Assembly (NCBI GenBank): GCA_043823065.1
Contig: JBDRBB010000004.1
Location: 1 to 42,231, forward strand
From: Pseudomonadota bacterium
Lineage (GTDB): Bacteria > UBA10199 > 2-02-FULL-44-16 > DYJF01
Direction: 5' to 3'
DNA: 42,231 nucleotides
Positions 8,748 through 18,143 of this stretch are shown here, piece after piece. The translations under genes and the position numbers were made by a program. Position 1 is the stretch's first letter. Each line of letters begins with the position of its first letter. The notes under the pieces were generated by a model. That model had not been told where the DNA came from, ran no database searches, and saw only the letters and a program-made list of their open reading frames with translations.

Positions 8748-10066
8748 TATTTCTTAACTCGCTCTACCTCAGTTAAATTGTTATCTGTAAAATATTTTTT
8801 TGCCACGCGTTCAATATCATGAATATTAACTTGCTCAATTTTCTTGGGATATTTTGGTAAAAGTTTCCAGTCTCCAAATATGGTTTCAAATTGAGCCAGC
8901 TGCATTGCCAGACCATCATTGTTTTCCATGGAATAGATAATAGTGGCAGCAACATTGTTGCGTACGCGCTCTAATTCTTCTTCAGAAACAGGTTCAGTTT
9001 TTAGTCGGTTTAACTCTTCTTTAATTTTTTGGCTTAGTTCAGTTAATGAATGAGATTTAGTCGGTTCCGCAAAGATGAGAAAAAGATTATCAAATCTAGA
9101 ACCAGGATAACTATTAGAACAGTAAATATCACTGGCAATTTTTTCTTGATAAACCAATCTTTTTTGTAAACGCGAAGTTGGACCATGGCACAAAATTACT
9201 TCAATCACATCAAAGACAAATTCATCTGGGTCTGGCAAGGTTGATTTATGATAACTCATAGCCAAAGCTGGTTCAGCATCAAATTTTAGAGTATGTTGCC
9301 CACTTCCTCCGCTTTTAAAAAATGATTTCATTTTTGGCACATCAGCTTGAGGAATAATTTCAAAATATTTGGCAATTAATTCTTGAGCTTGTTTTAGATT
9401 AAAATCACCAACTAAAACACCAACCATATTAGAAGCAACATAATATTTTTGATGAAATTGACTGGCATCTTCCACAGTAAAGCTGGAAACATCGCTTAGT
9501 TCACCTATGATTGGCCAGGCATAAGGTCCTTCATTATAGGATTTATCCAGCAAAACTTCTAACATCTTTCCCACTGGATTATTTTCAATGCTGTTTCTTC
9601 TTTCCTCTAAAACCACATCTCGTTCAGTATAAAACTCATCAAAAACTGGTTCAGTTACTATTTGAGACATAATATTCAGCCAAAGACCCAATTTATTGCT
9701 GGGCATACTGGCATGGTAGGCAGTTACATCTTTACTGGTAAAAGCATTAAGATCAGCAGCCCCGTTCCTAGACATAATTTCCCAAATTTCATTAGGACCA
9801 AGTTGGCTACTCCCCTTGAAAGCCATATGTTCGAACATATGAGCTAAGCCAGTTTTGCCAGGCTCCTCATCAGCACCACCAACCCGAAGCATAACCACTC
9901 CGGAAAATACTGGCGCTTGATTTCTTTGCACCAATAGCCAGCGCATACCGTTTTTCAGCTTAAATTCTTTGACTTTATTTTTTAAGTTAAAAGCATAGGT
10001 TTGAACACTTAAAGCTAAACTTAAGGTAATTATTAAAACTGTAAGAAATGTTTTATGCTTTCTCAT
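8747..10066 (-). CDS. M16B zinc peptidase, catalytic subunit, secreted
   Basis: Signal peptide, GLAHMFEHMAFKG (HXXEH), NAFTS and ERDVVLEERR. Confidence 0.92.
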   Translation of the reverse strand: MRKHKTFLTVLIITLSLALSVQTYAFNLKNKVKEFKLKNGMRWLLVQRNQAPVFSGVVMLRVGGADEEPGKTGLAHMFEHMAFKGSSQLGPNEIWEIMSRNGAADLNAFTSKDVTAYHASMPSNKLGLWLNIMSQIVTEPVFDEFYTERDVVLEERRNSIENNPVGKMLEVLLDKSYNEGPYAWPIIGELSDVSSFTVEDASQFHQKYYVASNMVGVLVGDFNLKQAQELIAKYFEIIPQADVPKMKSFFKSGGSGQHTLKFDAEPALAMSYHKSTLPDPDEFVFDVIEVILCHGPTSRLQKRLVYQEKIASDIYCSNSYPGSRFDNLFLIFAEPTKSHSLTELSQKIKEELNRLKTEPVSEEELERVRNNVAATIIYSMENNDGLAMQLAQFETIFGDWKLLPKYPKKIEQVNIHDIERVAKKYFTDNNLTEVERVKK

Positions 10067-10103
10067 GTAACTTGTTAATTTTGAAACAAATTTAACTATA
10101 TTA

Positions 10104-10127
10104 GATTCCCGCTTTCGCGGGAATGAC
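10104..10127. repeat. Half copy of family A element
   Basis: GATTCCCGCTTTCGCGGGAATGAC immediately after the agmatinase stop; may act as a terminator or RNA stabiliser. Confidence 0.8.
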
Positions 10128-10993
10128 TACAATATATCTGAATTTTTAGCCCAATAGCCAATACACCGGTAAATTAATTTAGCCAGAAAAAAATCTGAAG
10201 CATGATGGCCTGGTTCTGGTTTTAATTCGACAAAATCATAACCAATGATCTGTTTACTTTTTGAAATCTCAGCTATTAAATTGGTAACTTCCCACCAATC
10301 TAGGCCACCTGGTTCGGGTGTTCCTGTATCAGGTAAAATTGAGGAATCAAAACCATCAACATCAATAGTTATGTATACTTTTTCAGTTTTTATAGCTTGA
10401 ATTGCTTGCTTTATCCAATTTGGATTAGTTTTAATCTGATGAGCAAAAAAAATCGGTAATTGCTTTTCTTTAACTAATTCTGCTTCGGGTTTTGATAGGT
10501 TGCGAATACCAACTTGCACTGCTGGAACCATTTCTCGAACTCTAGCCATGGCGCTGGCATGAGACAACTTGCTCCCTTCATATTCTTCACGCAGATCAGC
10601 ATGAGCATCGATTTGAAGCACTGTAAAGGTTTTATGCTGGCTTAGGATTGCTTTAATAATGGCTGGGGTAATACTATGTTCGCCACCAATTACCACAGGT
10701 AGTTTTTGATCTTTAACAATTTGCGCAACCTTTTCCTGAATTTTTTGCAAGCTTTTTTCATGATCAAGACTTTCAAAATTCAAATCTGGCAAGGTTGAAA
10801 TACCTATTTTATAAGTTTCAACTTCTAGAACTTCATCGTAAAACTCAACTTGGGCGGAAGCTTCTTCAATAGCTTTAGGAGCCCTGGCAGTGCCTTTAGC
10901 ATAACTGGTGGTTTCCTCTAAGCCAGCAGGCAAAATTGCCACTTTAGAAGTACTATAATCAGAATATTCTTGAGGTAAGTCAAAATAGCTCAT
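10127..10993 (-). CDS. speB: Agmatinase
   Basis: GGEHSIT, IDAHADLR, ITIDVDGFD and GTPEPGGL. Start placed at 10993 (ATGA overlap with the decarboxylase stop). Confidence 0.92.
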   Translation of the reverse strand: MSYFDLPQEYSDYSTSKVAILPAGLEETTSYAKGTARAPKAIEEASAQVEFYDEVLEVETYKIGISTLPDLNFESLDHEKSLQKIQEKVAQIVKDQKLPVVIGGEHSITPAIIKAILSQHKTFTVLQIDAHADLREEYEGSKLSHASAMARVREMVPAVQVGIRNLSKPEAELVKEKQLPIFFAHQIKTNPNWIKQAIQAIKTEKVYITIDVDGFDSSILPDTGTPEPGGLDWWEVTNLIAEISKSKQIIGYDFVELKPEPGHHASDFFLAKLIYRCIGYWAKNSDIL

Positions 10994-11541
10994 GGAACGA
11001 AAATTGCCCCAGCAACCACAGTGGTCCAATTTCCATTTTTATCGCCAATTGCTGATTGAGTGCTATTCATGGTTTTGACAATTTCAGCGCTGATTGTCCA
11101 TTGGCCTTTACGTTCGTTCCAAGACGCATCTGGATCAAAATTAACACCCAAAATTGTGGCTAACATCTCTGCTGCTAAATCTTCAGCATAGTCTCCAGCT
11201 TGTTGCTCTGGTTGGCCAAAACTATGATGTTCTGAGATATAGCCATAATGATCATTATTGGCAGGTATAGCCAAGCCCACTGAAGAGGCGATTAATCGAT
11301 GAGGTTCATTTGTTGCGTTGTCGGATAATACACAATAAACGATTTGACCTGATTTTAACTGAGGCACACCTTCAGCTGGTTTGATCAATTTACACCTTGG
11401 GGGAAAGATACTGGAAACTCGTACTAAATTATATGGAGCGATATTGGCTCGTCTTAAAGCTAATTCAAAACTTTGTAATTTTTCACGATGCACCCCTACC
11501 CCTTTTGTAAAAAAAACCTGAGTTGGTACTTGGTTGGGCAT
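10990..11541 (-). CDS. pdaD: Pyruvoyl-dependent arginine decarboxylase
   Basis: SFELALR.A.IA.YNLVRVSSIFPP with the Ser-Ser autocleavage site, YGYISEHH, SD GAAAGGAG; coupled to agmatinase. Confidence 0.9.
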   Translation of the reverse strand: MPNQVPTQVFFTKGVGVHREKLQSFELALRRANIAPYNLVRVSSIFPPRCKLIKPAEGVPQLKSGQIVYCVLSDNATNEPHRLIASSVGLAIPANNDHYGYISEHHSFGQPEQQAGDYAEDLAAEMLATILGVNFDPDASWNERKGQWTISAEIVKTMNSTQSAIGDKNGNWTTVVAGAIFVP

Positions 11542-11646
11542 TTCTTTCTCCTTTCACGCTTCACAGCAGGTTAAATGTTAATTAATAAATTGAAGTGCGC
11601 TTAACATATAATGTATGGGTACACAAGAAAAAATATGGATGTGCTG

Positions 11647-11680
11647 AAAAAAAACAAAACCTGTTGGTATTGCCAACAGG
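11647..11680 (-). terminator. Intrinsic terminator after the lysine-rich microprotein gene
   Basis: Minus strand reads CCTGTTGG-CAATA-CCAACAGG followed by TTTTGTTTTTTTT. Confidence 0.85.
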
Positions 11681-11708
11681 CCTGTTCTACAGCTTATATT
11701 TCAAACAC

Positions 11709-11816
11709 TTATTTTTTCTTCTTTTTGCTGACTTTTTTCTTTTTACTAACTTTCTTTTTCTTTGCTGGAGCTTTTTTCTTTAATACTTTCTTTGTCACTT
11801 TCTTCTTCTTTACCAT
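11709..11816 (-). CDS. 35-aa lysine-rich, histone-H1-tail-like microprotein (MVKKKKVTKKVLKKKAPAKKKKVSKKKKVSKKKKK); not in the ORF track
   Basis: Translated by hand. SD AAAGGAGG just upstream, sigma70-type promoter upstream, terminator downstream; 22 of 35 residues are Lys. Confidence 0.82.
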   Translation of the reverse strand: MVKKKKVTKKVLKKKAPAKKKKVSKKKKVSKKKKK

Positions 11817-11866
11817 CTCCCCTCCTTTGTTAAAATGTTTATGTTTTTCTTAATTACCTAACATCA

Positions 11867-11895
11867 ATTTTACAAAATTGTCGTATTAACGTCAA
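11867..11895 (-). promoter_or_regulatory. Sigma70-type promoter for the lysine-rich microprotein
   Basis: TTGACG-N17-TAAAAT on the minus strand. Confidence 0.72.
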
Positions 11896-11927
11896 ATCAT
11901 TTTTCATAATTTAAATATAATTATGAC

Positions 11928-12017
11928 AAATTCTAATATCTAATTTCTAAATTCTATACAAATTCAAAATTCGAATATTCAAATGATTAAAGCTTTTCTA
12001 TTTTGAACTTTTGAATT
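11928..12017. repeat. Second (truncated) copy of AT-rich heptamer palindrome, family C
   Basis: AAATTCTAATATCTAATTTCTAAATTCTATACAAATTCAAAATTC resembles the left arm at 2335-2400. A short right arm TTTTGAACTTTTGAATTT abuts the larB stop. Confidence 0.7.
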
Positions 12018-12772
12018 TAGGTATGCAGTATGCGCAGAGCTGCGCAGGCTGCGCCAAAGCCATTATCAATATTGACTACAGTGATGCCTTCTGCACAACT
12101 ATTTAACATTCCCAGTAGCGCTGAAACACCGTTTAGGTTGGTGCCATAACCAACACTGGTTGGAACAGCAATAATTGGACAAGCAATTAAACCACCTACT
12201 ACACTGGGCAATGCCCCTTCCATGCCCGCAATGACAATGGCGCAATCAACCTGACTGATCTCTTTGGCTACTGAAAGCACTCTATGCAGTCCAGCAACAC
12301 CAACATCATAGTATCTGTTGGCTTCAATGCCATAAAACTGAGCGGTTATTCTGGCCTCTTCAGCTACAGGTACATCTGCTGTGCCAGCACACAAAATTGC
12401 CAGCTTAGCTTGATTTGAAACAATTTCATGATTAATCAGCTGAAAAGTTTTGCTGACTGGGTCATATTTCACCCTGGTTTGACTATTAAAAGCAGCTTGA
12501 ATTGCTTCCCCAATTTCTGAAGCAACTCGTGTGCCTAACACATTTGCTTTTTTGCCAACTAATTCCTGGCAAATTTTCAAAATTTGTTCCTGGGATTTGC
12601 CTTGGCAAAAAATGGTTTCTGAAAAATTGTTGCGTAAAGGCCGATGCTTATCAAATTTGCAAAAATCCAGGTCTTGAAACGGGAGATCTGCCAAATTTGT
12701 AAGAGCCTCATCAATAGTGAATTCCCCTTTTTTGACTTTTAACAAAACCTGTTCAATCTGTTTCTTGTTCAT
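12017..12772 (-). CDS. larB: LarB-family (PurE-like) nickel-pincer cofactor biosynthesis protein
   Basis: AGTADVPVAEEA, DVGVAGLHR, AGMEGALPSVVGG, PTSVGYG, LNSC..G.TVVNIDNGFGAA. Confidence 0.92.
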   Translation of the reverse strand: MNKKQIEQVLLKVKKGEFTIDEALTNLADLPFQDLDFCKFDKHRPLRNNFSETIFCQGKSQEQILKICQELVGKKANVLGTRVASEIGEAIQAAFNSQTRVKYDPVSKTFQLINHEIVSNQAKLAILCAGTADVPVAEEARITAQFYGIEANRYYDVGVAGLHRVLSVAKEISQVDCAIVIAGMEGALPSVVGGLIACPIIAVPTSVGYGTNLNGVSALLGMLNSCAEGITVVNIDNGFGAACAALRILHT

Positions 12773-13494
12773 TTAATACCTCTGAGACTTTTTATTTCAT
12801 TTGAAGTTAAATGACGCCACTGTCTTGCCCGCATCTTACCCAAGTTAATTGGGCCATGCGCAGTTCTTCTGAGGCGCAAAATTTCCAAGCCAACTTTTTC
12901 ACACATCCGTCTAATCACCCTGTTTTTGCCTTGAGTAATGCTGATTTCCAACCAACTGGCAGCATCTCCTTGTTTGATCAATTTAAGACTTAGGGGCACG
13001 ATCAGGTCCCCATCTATAATAATACCTTTAGTTATTTTTTCCATTATCATTGTTGATGGACAGCCCTTAACTTTGACTTCATATACCTTGCTTATTTCAT
13101 GCTTGGGATGAGTTAGGATATTTAGCAATTCACCGTCATTGGTCAGCAAAAGCAGGCCTTCTGAATTAAAATCTAGCCGCCCTACTGAATTTAGGGATTT
13201 CTTCCACTTTTTTAAATTATCCCAAACAGTTGGTCGATCCTGAGGGTCTTCTTTGGTAACCATTTCTCCACGCGGCTTGCAATATGCCAAATAGATGAGT
13301 TTGTCTGGTTGGCGCAGTACATAGCCAAGCACCTGAATTTTATCCTGCTCAGGATCTACCTTGGTGCCCAAAATAGTTACTTTCTGGCCATTAACACTAA
13401 CTTTGCCCTGGCTAATTAATTGTTCAGCAGCGCGACGTGAAAGCTCAGTTTTCTGGGCTATTAACTTCTGGAGGCGGATTGGTTTCTTGTTCAT
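12769..13494 (-). CDS. rluB: rRNA pseudouridine synthase (RluB/RsuA family)
   Basis: S4 domain RLQKLIA...SRRAAE, GRLDFNSEGLLLLTNDG and GKNRVIRRM; follows scpAB. Confidence 0.88.
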   Translation of the reverse strand: MNKKPIRLQKLIAQKTELSRRAAEQLISQGKVSVNGQKVTILGTKVDPEQDKIQVLGYVLRQPDKLIYLAYCKPRGEMVTKEDPQDRPTVWDNLKKWKKSLNSVGRLDFNSEGLLLLTNDGELLNILTHPKHEISKVYEVKVKGCPSTMIMEKITKGIIIDGDLIVPLSLKLIKQGDAASWLEISITQGKNRVIRRMCEKVGLEILRLRRTAHGPINLGKMRARQWRHLTSNEIKSLRGIK

Positions 13495-14260
13495 CTGTTT
13501 TTGCTTTAGGAAAGATTTCTTTTTCCAGCTTTCTTAATTCTTTGATATTGTCTTCTATGCTATCTAAAATTTCATCGCCAGCATCATTGATGGATTCTGC
13601 AGTTTCCAGAGTTTCGGTTTCTTCCTCTTCATTTTCAGTAAGCTTTTCTTCAGGAACAGGAAAATTGGCTTCCAGTCTTTCAGCAGCCAGTTTAAATTCA
13701 TTTTGAGACACGGTTTCCACGCGTTTTCTGGCCAATTCTTCAATATCAGCCAAGGGCGGTAAATCTTTTAAGCTATTTAAGCTGAAAAGTTCTAAAAAAG
13801 CCTGGGTTGTGCCGTAAATTAAGGGTTGGCCAGGTTCATCTCTGCGGCCTAAAATACAAATCAGATTTCTTTCCAGCAAAGTTTTTATCACTCCACCAGC
13901 ATCAACACCTCGTATTTCCTCAATTTCAGAGCGAATTAGCGGCTGACGATAAGCAATAATAGCTAAGGTTTCCAAAGCAGGTTGGGAAAGCCTGACTGGT
14001 TTAGGCGCAGCCAGTTTTTGGATCCAGGTGGCATTGCTGGGTTTGGTTCGAAATTGAAATCCACCAGCTATCTCCACAATTTGTAAACCTCGGGCGGGAT
14101 TGTTGTTGATGTCTTCTTTTAAGGCTTCCAAACAAGTTGTTACTTCTTCTTTATTTATACCTGCTTCTTCAAAAAGGGTTAACAATTGTTTGAATGAAAT
14201 TGGTTCTTCTGAAGCAAAAATTAAAGATTCGATTGCAGATCTGATTTCAGTGCCCTGCAT
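13445..14260 (-). CDS. scpB: SMC-Scp complex subunit ScpB with acidic C-terminal tail
   Basis: LS.PALETLAIIAYRQP..RSEIEEIRGV, PGQP.IYGTT..FL..F.L.SL.DLP. Confidence 0.95.
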   Translation of the reverse strand: MQGTEIRSAIESLIFASEEPISFKQLLTLFEEAGINKEEVTTCLEALKEDINNNPARGLQIVEIAGGFQFRTKPSNATWIQKLAAPKPVRLSQPALETLAIIAYRQPLIRSEIEEIRGVDAGGVIKTLLERNLICILGRRDEPGQPLIYGTTQAFLELFSLNSLKDLPPLADIEELARKRVETVSQNEFKLAAERLEANFPVPEEKLTENEEEETETLETAESINDAGDEILDSIEDNIKELRKLEKEIFPKAKTDEQETNPPPEVNSPEN

Positions 14261-15031
14261 TTAGACCTCCTCTCCAATGTTCAACATCTCTCCATCCTCA
14301 ATTTTTTTCATTACACCTTTAACGCAAATTGAAGAAGCGTAATCTGGCTGGTAAATATGGATTAATTTTAAACGAGTCATTTCCAAAAGGGCTAAAAAAG
14401 TTATCACAACATTATAACGAGTTAAGGGCTTTTCCATAAGATCTTCAATCATGATTACTTCGCCCTGGTTAATTAGGTCAATTAGCTGACGAATACGATC
14501 ATTCACGCTGATGCGGTCAACCATGACATTATGAAACTGTTCTTTGGGAATGCGAATTAAGATTCTGGCAAAAGCATCTAGCAGTTCATAAACATCTGTT
14601 TTACGCAACTCAGCCTGGAGCTGATCTTCAAAACTTTCCCTTACTGAGCTGGCAATGCCCAGCAGATAAGTATCGCGATTTAATTGAGGTTGATCTAAAA
14701 GAGATTTTGCAGCTTCTTTATAGCGCTGATATTCCAGTAAACGCCGCACTAGATCAGCTCTTGGATCTTGGGCATCTTCATCTTCTGCCAGCTGATCTTG
14801 AGGAAGTAGCATTTGGGATTTGATATAGGCCAGCTCAGATGCTGTAAGCAGAAAGTCGCCTGCTAAGTCAATGTTCATCTCCTGCAGAGAATCTAGATAT
14901 TTTAGGTATTCTTCTAAAATAAAAGCAATGGGGATATCTGTGATATTAAGATCATTTTTTTTGATCAGATACAGCAGAAGATCCATGGGACCCTCAAACA
15001 CTTCCAGATTAACCCGATATTCTTGGTTCAT
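14261..15031 (-). CDS. scpA: Segregation and condensation protein ScpA
   Basis: FEGPMDLLLYLI, IKSQMLLP, DPRADLVRRLLEYQRYK, VITFLALLE. Start placed at 15031 (ATGA overlap with the trpS stop). Confidence 0.95.
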   Translation of the reverse strand: MNQEYRVNLEVFEGPMDLLLYLIKKNDLNITDIPIAFILEEYLKYLDSLQEMNIDLAGDFLLTASELAYIKSQMLLPQDQLAEDEDAQDPRADLVRRLLEYQRYKEAAKSLLDQPQLNRDTYLLGIASSVRESFEDQLQAELRKTDVYELLDAFARILIRIPKEQFHNVMVDRISVNDRIRQLIDLINQGEVIMIEDLMEKPLTRYNVVITFLALLEMTRLKLIHIYQPDYASSICVKGVMKKIEDGEMLNIGEEV

Positions 15032-16017
15032 AAATAATCTAGCCCCATAGCTTCTCTGACTCTTTCCATCATTATTTCTGCTTCTTTCATGGCTTTTTGG
15101 GCGCCGTTTTTGGCTATTTGGAACAGTTCTTTGCCCTGGGCCAAATATTTCTGGCGTTTCTCCTGCATTGGCTGCCAAAAAGCAACTGCATTTTTGATGC
15201 ATTCTTTTTTGCAATCTACGCAACCAATACTGCCCTGGCGGCACTCTGCTTCAATTTCTGCAATTCTTTCAGGTTTAGTATATAGCTGGTGATAGGCAAA
15301 AATATTGCAAACTTCAGGATGACCAGGGTCGTTTTTGCGTTTGCGCGCAGGATCAGTAATAGCCTGCATCATTTTTTGGGCAATAGTTTGTTCATCATCA
15401 GCAATAAAAATGGCATTATTAAAACTTTTGCTCATTTTGCGACCATCTAAGCCAGGAATACGAGGAGTTTTGGTTAATAAAGGTTGCGGCTCAACAAATA
15501 TCTCTTTTTTGGTTATATAATGAAAGCGCCGCACTACTTCTCTGGAAAACTCGATGTGTGCGACTTGATCCTCTCCTACTGGTACTTTGAGAGCCTTATA
15601 CATGATAATGTCTGCTGTTTGCAGCAAGGGATAACCCAAAAAACCATAGTTAGAAAGATCTTTGCCGCTCATTTGCTGTTGCAAATCTTTATAACTAGGA
15701 ACGCGCTCTAGCCAGCTGATTGGGGTAAGCATGGCCAAGGCAAGTTGCAATTCTGTATGCTGCGGAATTTGGGATTGAATAAAGATTGTGCTTTTTTCAG
15801 GATCTAGGCCTGCAGCCAAGAGATCAGCAATAATTTCTAATGTAGCTGGTTTAATTACTTCCACATTATCAAATTCACTGGTTAAGGCATGCCAATCAGC
15901 AATAAAATAAAAGCATTCATATTCAGATTGCAGTTTTACCCAATTTTCCACAATGCCAAAATAATGGCCCCAATGCAGCTTTCCGGTTGGTCTGATTCCA
16001 CTGACAATTCGTTTCAT
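15028..16017 (-). CDS. trpS: Tryptophan--tRNA ligase
   Basis: SGIRPTGKLHWGH, YPLLQTADI, VPVGEDQ and KMSKS. Confidence 0.97.
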   Translation of the reverse strand: MKRIVSGIRPTGKLHWGHYFGIVENWVKLQSEYECFYFIADWHALTSEFDNVEVIKPATLEIIADLLAAGLDPEKSTIFIQSQIPQHTELQLALAMLTPISWLERVPSYKDLQQQMSGKDLSNYGFLGYPLLQTADIIMYKALKVPVGEDQVAHIEFSREVVRRFHYITKKEIFVEPQPLLTKTPRIPGLDGRKMSKSFNNAIFIADDEQTIAQKMMQAITDPARKRKNDPGHPEVCNIFAYHQLYTKPERIAEIEAECRQGSIGCVDCKKECIKNAVAFWQPMQEKRQKYLAQGKELFQIAKNGAQKAMKEAEIMMERVREAMGLDYL

Positions 16018-16026
16018 AAAAAATCC

Positions 16027-16692
16027 TTAAGGTAACAAAATCGAAGCAATTAACATAACTGGATAAAAGATATATTTTAAGAATCCAGTAACAAATAATA
16101 CTAATAAAATTATCAGGCCATAGCGTTGAAAACGATCAAATGCTGGCACTGCTGATTCAGGAATTAAACCTCTTACCACTGAGCCTCCGTCTAATGGCCC
16201 TAAAGGCAGTAAGTTAAAACAACCTAAAACCAAATTTAAGATCACGCCCATTTGAAAAATGCTATAGACAGCGCCAATAGCCTTAGGCCAAAAGCCGCCA
16301 GGCACTAACATGCTTTGGGGCACTTGGGGAATTAACCAAACCAGTAGATGGGTAAGCAAGGCAAAACCCAAGGCCAAGACAAAATTGCTGATAGGTCCAA
16401 AAGCGCCTACCCAAAGATTATCTTTGCGGGCATCTTTAAAGTTATAAGGATTCACTGGTACAGGTTTGCCCCAACCAATAACAGGAGCGCCAGTTAAGAT
16501 GCCAAAAATTGGCAAAAAAACCGTGCCAATTAAGTCTAGATGCGGCAAAGGATTTAAGGTTACCCTGCCCATGAACTTGGCAGTTGGATCACCAAATTTG
16601 TGCGCAACAAAGCCGTGAGCTGCCTCATGAAAACTTAAGGAAAATAAAAATAAAGGGTAAAATAGTAATAATTCTATGATCCTAGCCTGCAT
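16027..16692 (-). CDS. Site-2 protease (M50) membrane metalloprotease
   Basis: HEAAH, GDPTA...GRVTLNP and FNLLPLGPLDG. Confidence 0.93.
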   Translation of the reverse strand: MQARIIELLLFYPLFLFSLSFHEAAHGFVAHKFGDPTAKFMGRVTLNPLPHLDLIGTVFLPIFGILTGAPVIGWGKPVPVNPYNFKDARKDNLWVGAFGPISNFVLALGFALLTHLLVWLIPQVPQSMLVPGGFWPKAIGAVYSIFQMGVILNLVLGCFNLLPLGPLDGGSVVRGLIPESAVPAFDRFQRYGLIILLVLFVTGFLKYIFYPVMLIASILLP

Positions 16693-16701
16693 AGGTTTTG
16701 A

Positions 16702-16730
16702 CTGGTAGCAAAGAAAAGCGGTATAGTCAA
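16702..16730 (-). promoter_or_regulatory. Putative sigma70 promoter for the site-2 protease-trpS-scpAB-rluB unit
   Basis: TTGACT-N17 (ending TGC)-TACCAG, 9 nt before the ATG; no SD. Confidence 0.4.
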
Positions 16731-16743
16731 TCAGATCATGAGC

Positions 16744-18135
16744 TTAGATTGCATCTTTATGCACAATAATGCGTTGATTGACAAAGGTGTAATACAACAA
16801 ATGTTTGAGTCGATAGTTAAATAAGATGAAACCAACCAATAAAGCAATGGCACACCCAATTAAGTAACCATAACCATAATAGCTGCTACCCCATTGAATG
16901 GAGAGTAGAGAAAAAAATAGATTTCCCAGGAAAAAAGATAAACTCATCATTAAGGCATCCATTCTAAAATCAAAATATAACATCAAAAGCAGCAAAGGCA
17001 GAAGCATGGCTTGTAGAAAGGTGGCTAAAACCACAACCTGGAAGACCGTCACGCTCATGGAAGCCATGCCCACATATTTATATATATAAGGAGCAATAAC
17101 AATAGCAATTAAAGTGATCGTACCTTGGAAAACAATTAAACGGCCTAAGCTAAGATAAAGGTCTTTGACAATATTTTTGCGGCGCTCTTCCAAAGAAAAA
17201 TATGGATGTTCATCTAAAATACATAAAAAATATTTTTTATAATGCACGTAAAAACTGGTTTCAATGCGGATAGTAACCATGGCTAAGGCCGGCACAATAA
17301 AAAGATAAGCCAAAAAAACTGGCGTGTCATATACGGTTGAGGCATATAAGAAGCCGTGAATATGCTCATTTGTTTGTTTGGAAAACCAGAAAACAAATTT
17401 ATCTGCCCAAATTCCGGCATTATAGAAAGTGGCGATAAAAGCCAAAGCTGTATATTTTCTAAAATAGCTTAAAAAATATAATTCCAGGCCCTTGCGATAT
17501 TCAAATTCTGTGAATATCTGCACGATTAACAGTACGACTAACAGAACTTGCCCCATGGTAAAACCAGCAGCCAAGCCAAACAGGCCGTAATATTTGCCTA
17601 AAAAATAACCGGCTATAATACTCAATAAAGAGCCAATCATAAAAGAATGAACAATTCTTAAAAATTCTTTGGCTGCAGAAAGTAAAATCATGGCAATCCA
17701 AATTACCCCGATATTTATAAATAAGATTATGCAGATTATTTCCGTGCCAAAACCAAGAGTAATGAAATATGTGCCAATAAAACCAATGACAGCATGAACA
17801 ATGATGGATCCGCAAATTGCGCCAACAAATGCCGGAATTAAGGCCTGAAAATCTTTAACAAAGATTCGATCGGCAATATAACGAGTTATAATCATCTGTG
17901 CTGCCGAGGAAGTAACTAAAGATATCCCGTAGATATACACCACCAAGGTTCTAAATATGATTATATCTTTAACCGCCAAGTGCCCTAATGATAATATACT
18001 GAGAATGGCTATGGAAAAAACGGTGAATAAGACAGGCCCTGAAGTTACCACTCCTGAATAGGCATATCCTTCCAATAAATTCAGATAGGAATTTTTAGAT
18101 AGTATTTTTTCTAAGCGAAAACCGATTCCTGCCAT
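16744..18135 (-). CDS. pelG: Pel exopolysaccharide transporter PelG
   Basis: Characteristic MAGIGFRLEK start, about 12 TMs, GIWADKFVFW, YD.PVFLAYL..VP, RIETSF. Confidence 0.93.
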   Translation of the reverse strand: MAGIGFRLEKILSKNSYLNLLEGYAYSGVVTSGPVLFTVFSIAILSILSLGHLAVKDIIIFRTLVVYIYGISLVTSSAAQMIITRYIADRIFVKDFQALIPAFVGAICGSIIVHAVIGFIGTYFITLGFGTEIICIILFINIGVIWIAMILLSAAKEFLRIVHSFMIGSLLSIIAGYFLGKYYGLFGLAAGFTMGQVLLVVLLIVQIFTEFEYRKGLELYFLSYFRKYTALAFIATFYNAGIWADKFVFWFSKQTNEHIHGFLYASTVYDTPVFLAYLFIVPALAMVTIRIETSFYVHYKKYFLCILDEHPYFSLEERRKNIVKDLYLSLGRLIVFQGTITLIAIVIAPYIYKYVGMASMSVTVFQVVVLATFLQAMLLPLLLLMLYFDFRMDALMMSLSFFLGNLFFSLLSIQWGSSYYGYGYLIGCAIALLVGFILFNYRLKHLLYYTFVNQRIIVHKDAI

Positions 18136-18143
18136 TTTACTCC

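Noticed and set aside
11595..11853. Phe-rich plus-strand ORFs (62 and 80 aa)
   Set aside because: Antisense shadows of the lysine-rich gene, which has the promoter, SD and terminator.
15032..15244. Extended N-termini of scpA (and likewise rpoH and speB) in the ORF track
   Set aside because: They overlap upstream genes extensively; family homology begins at ATGA-coupled starts.
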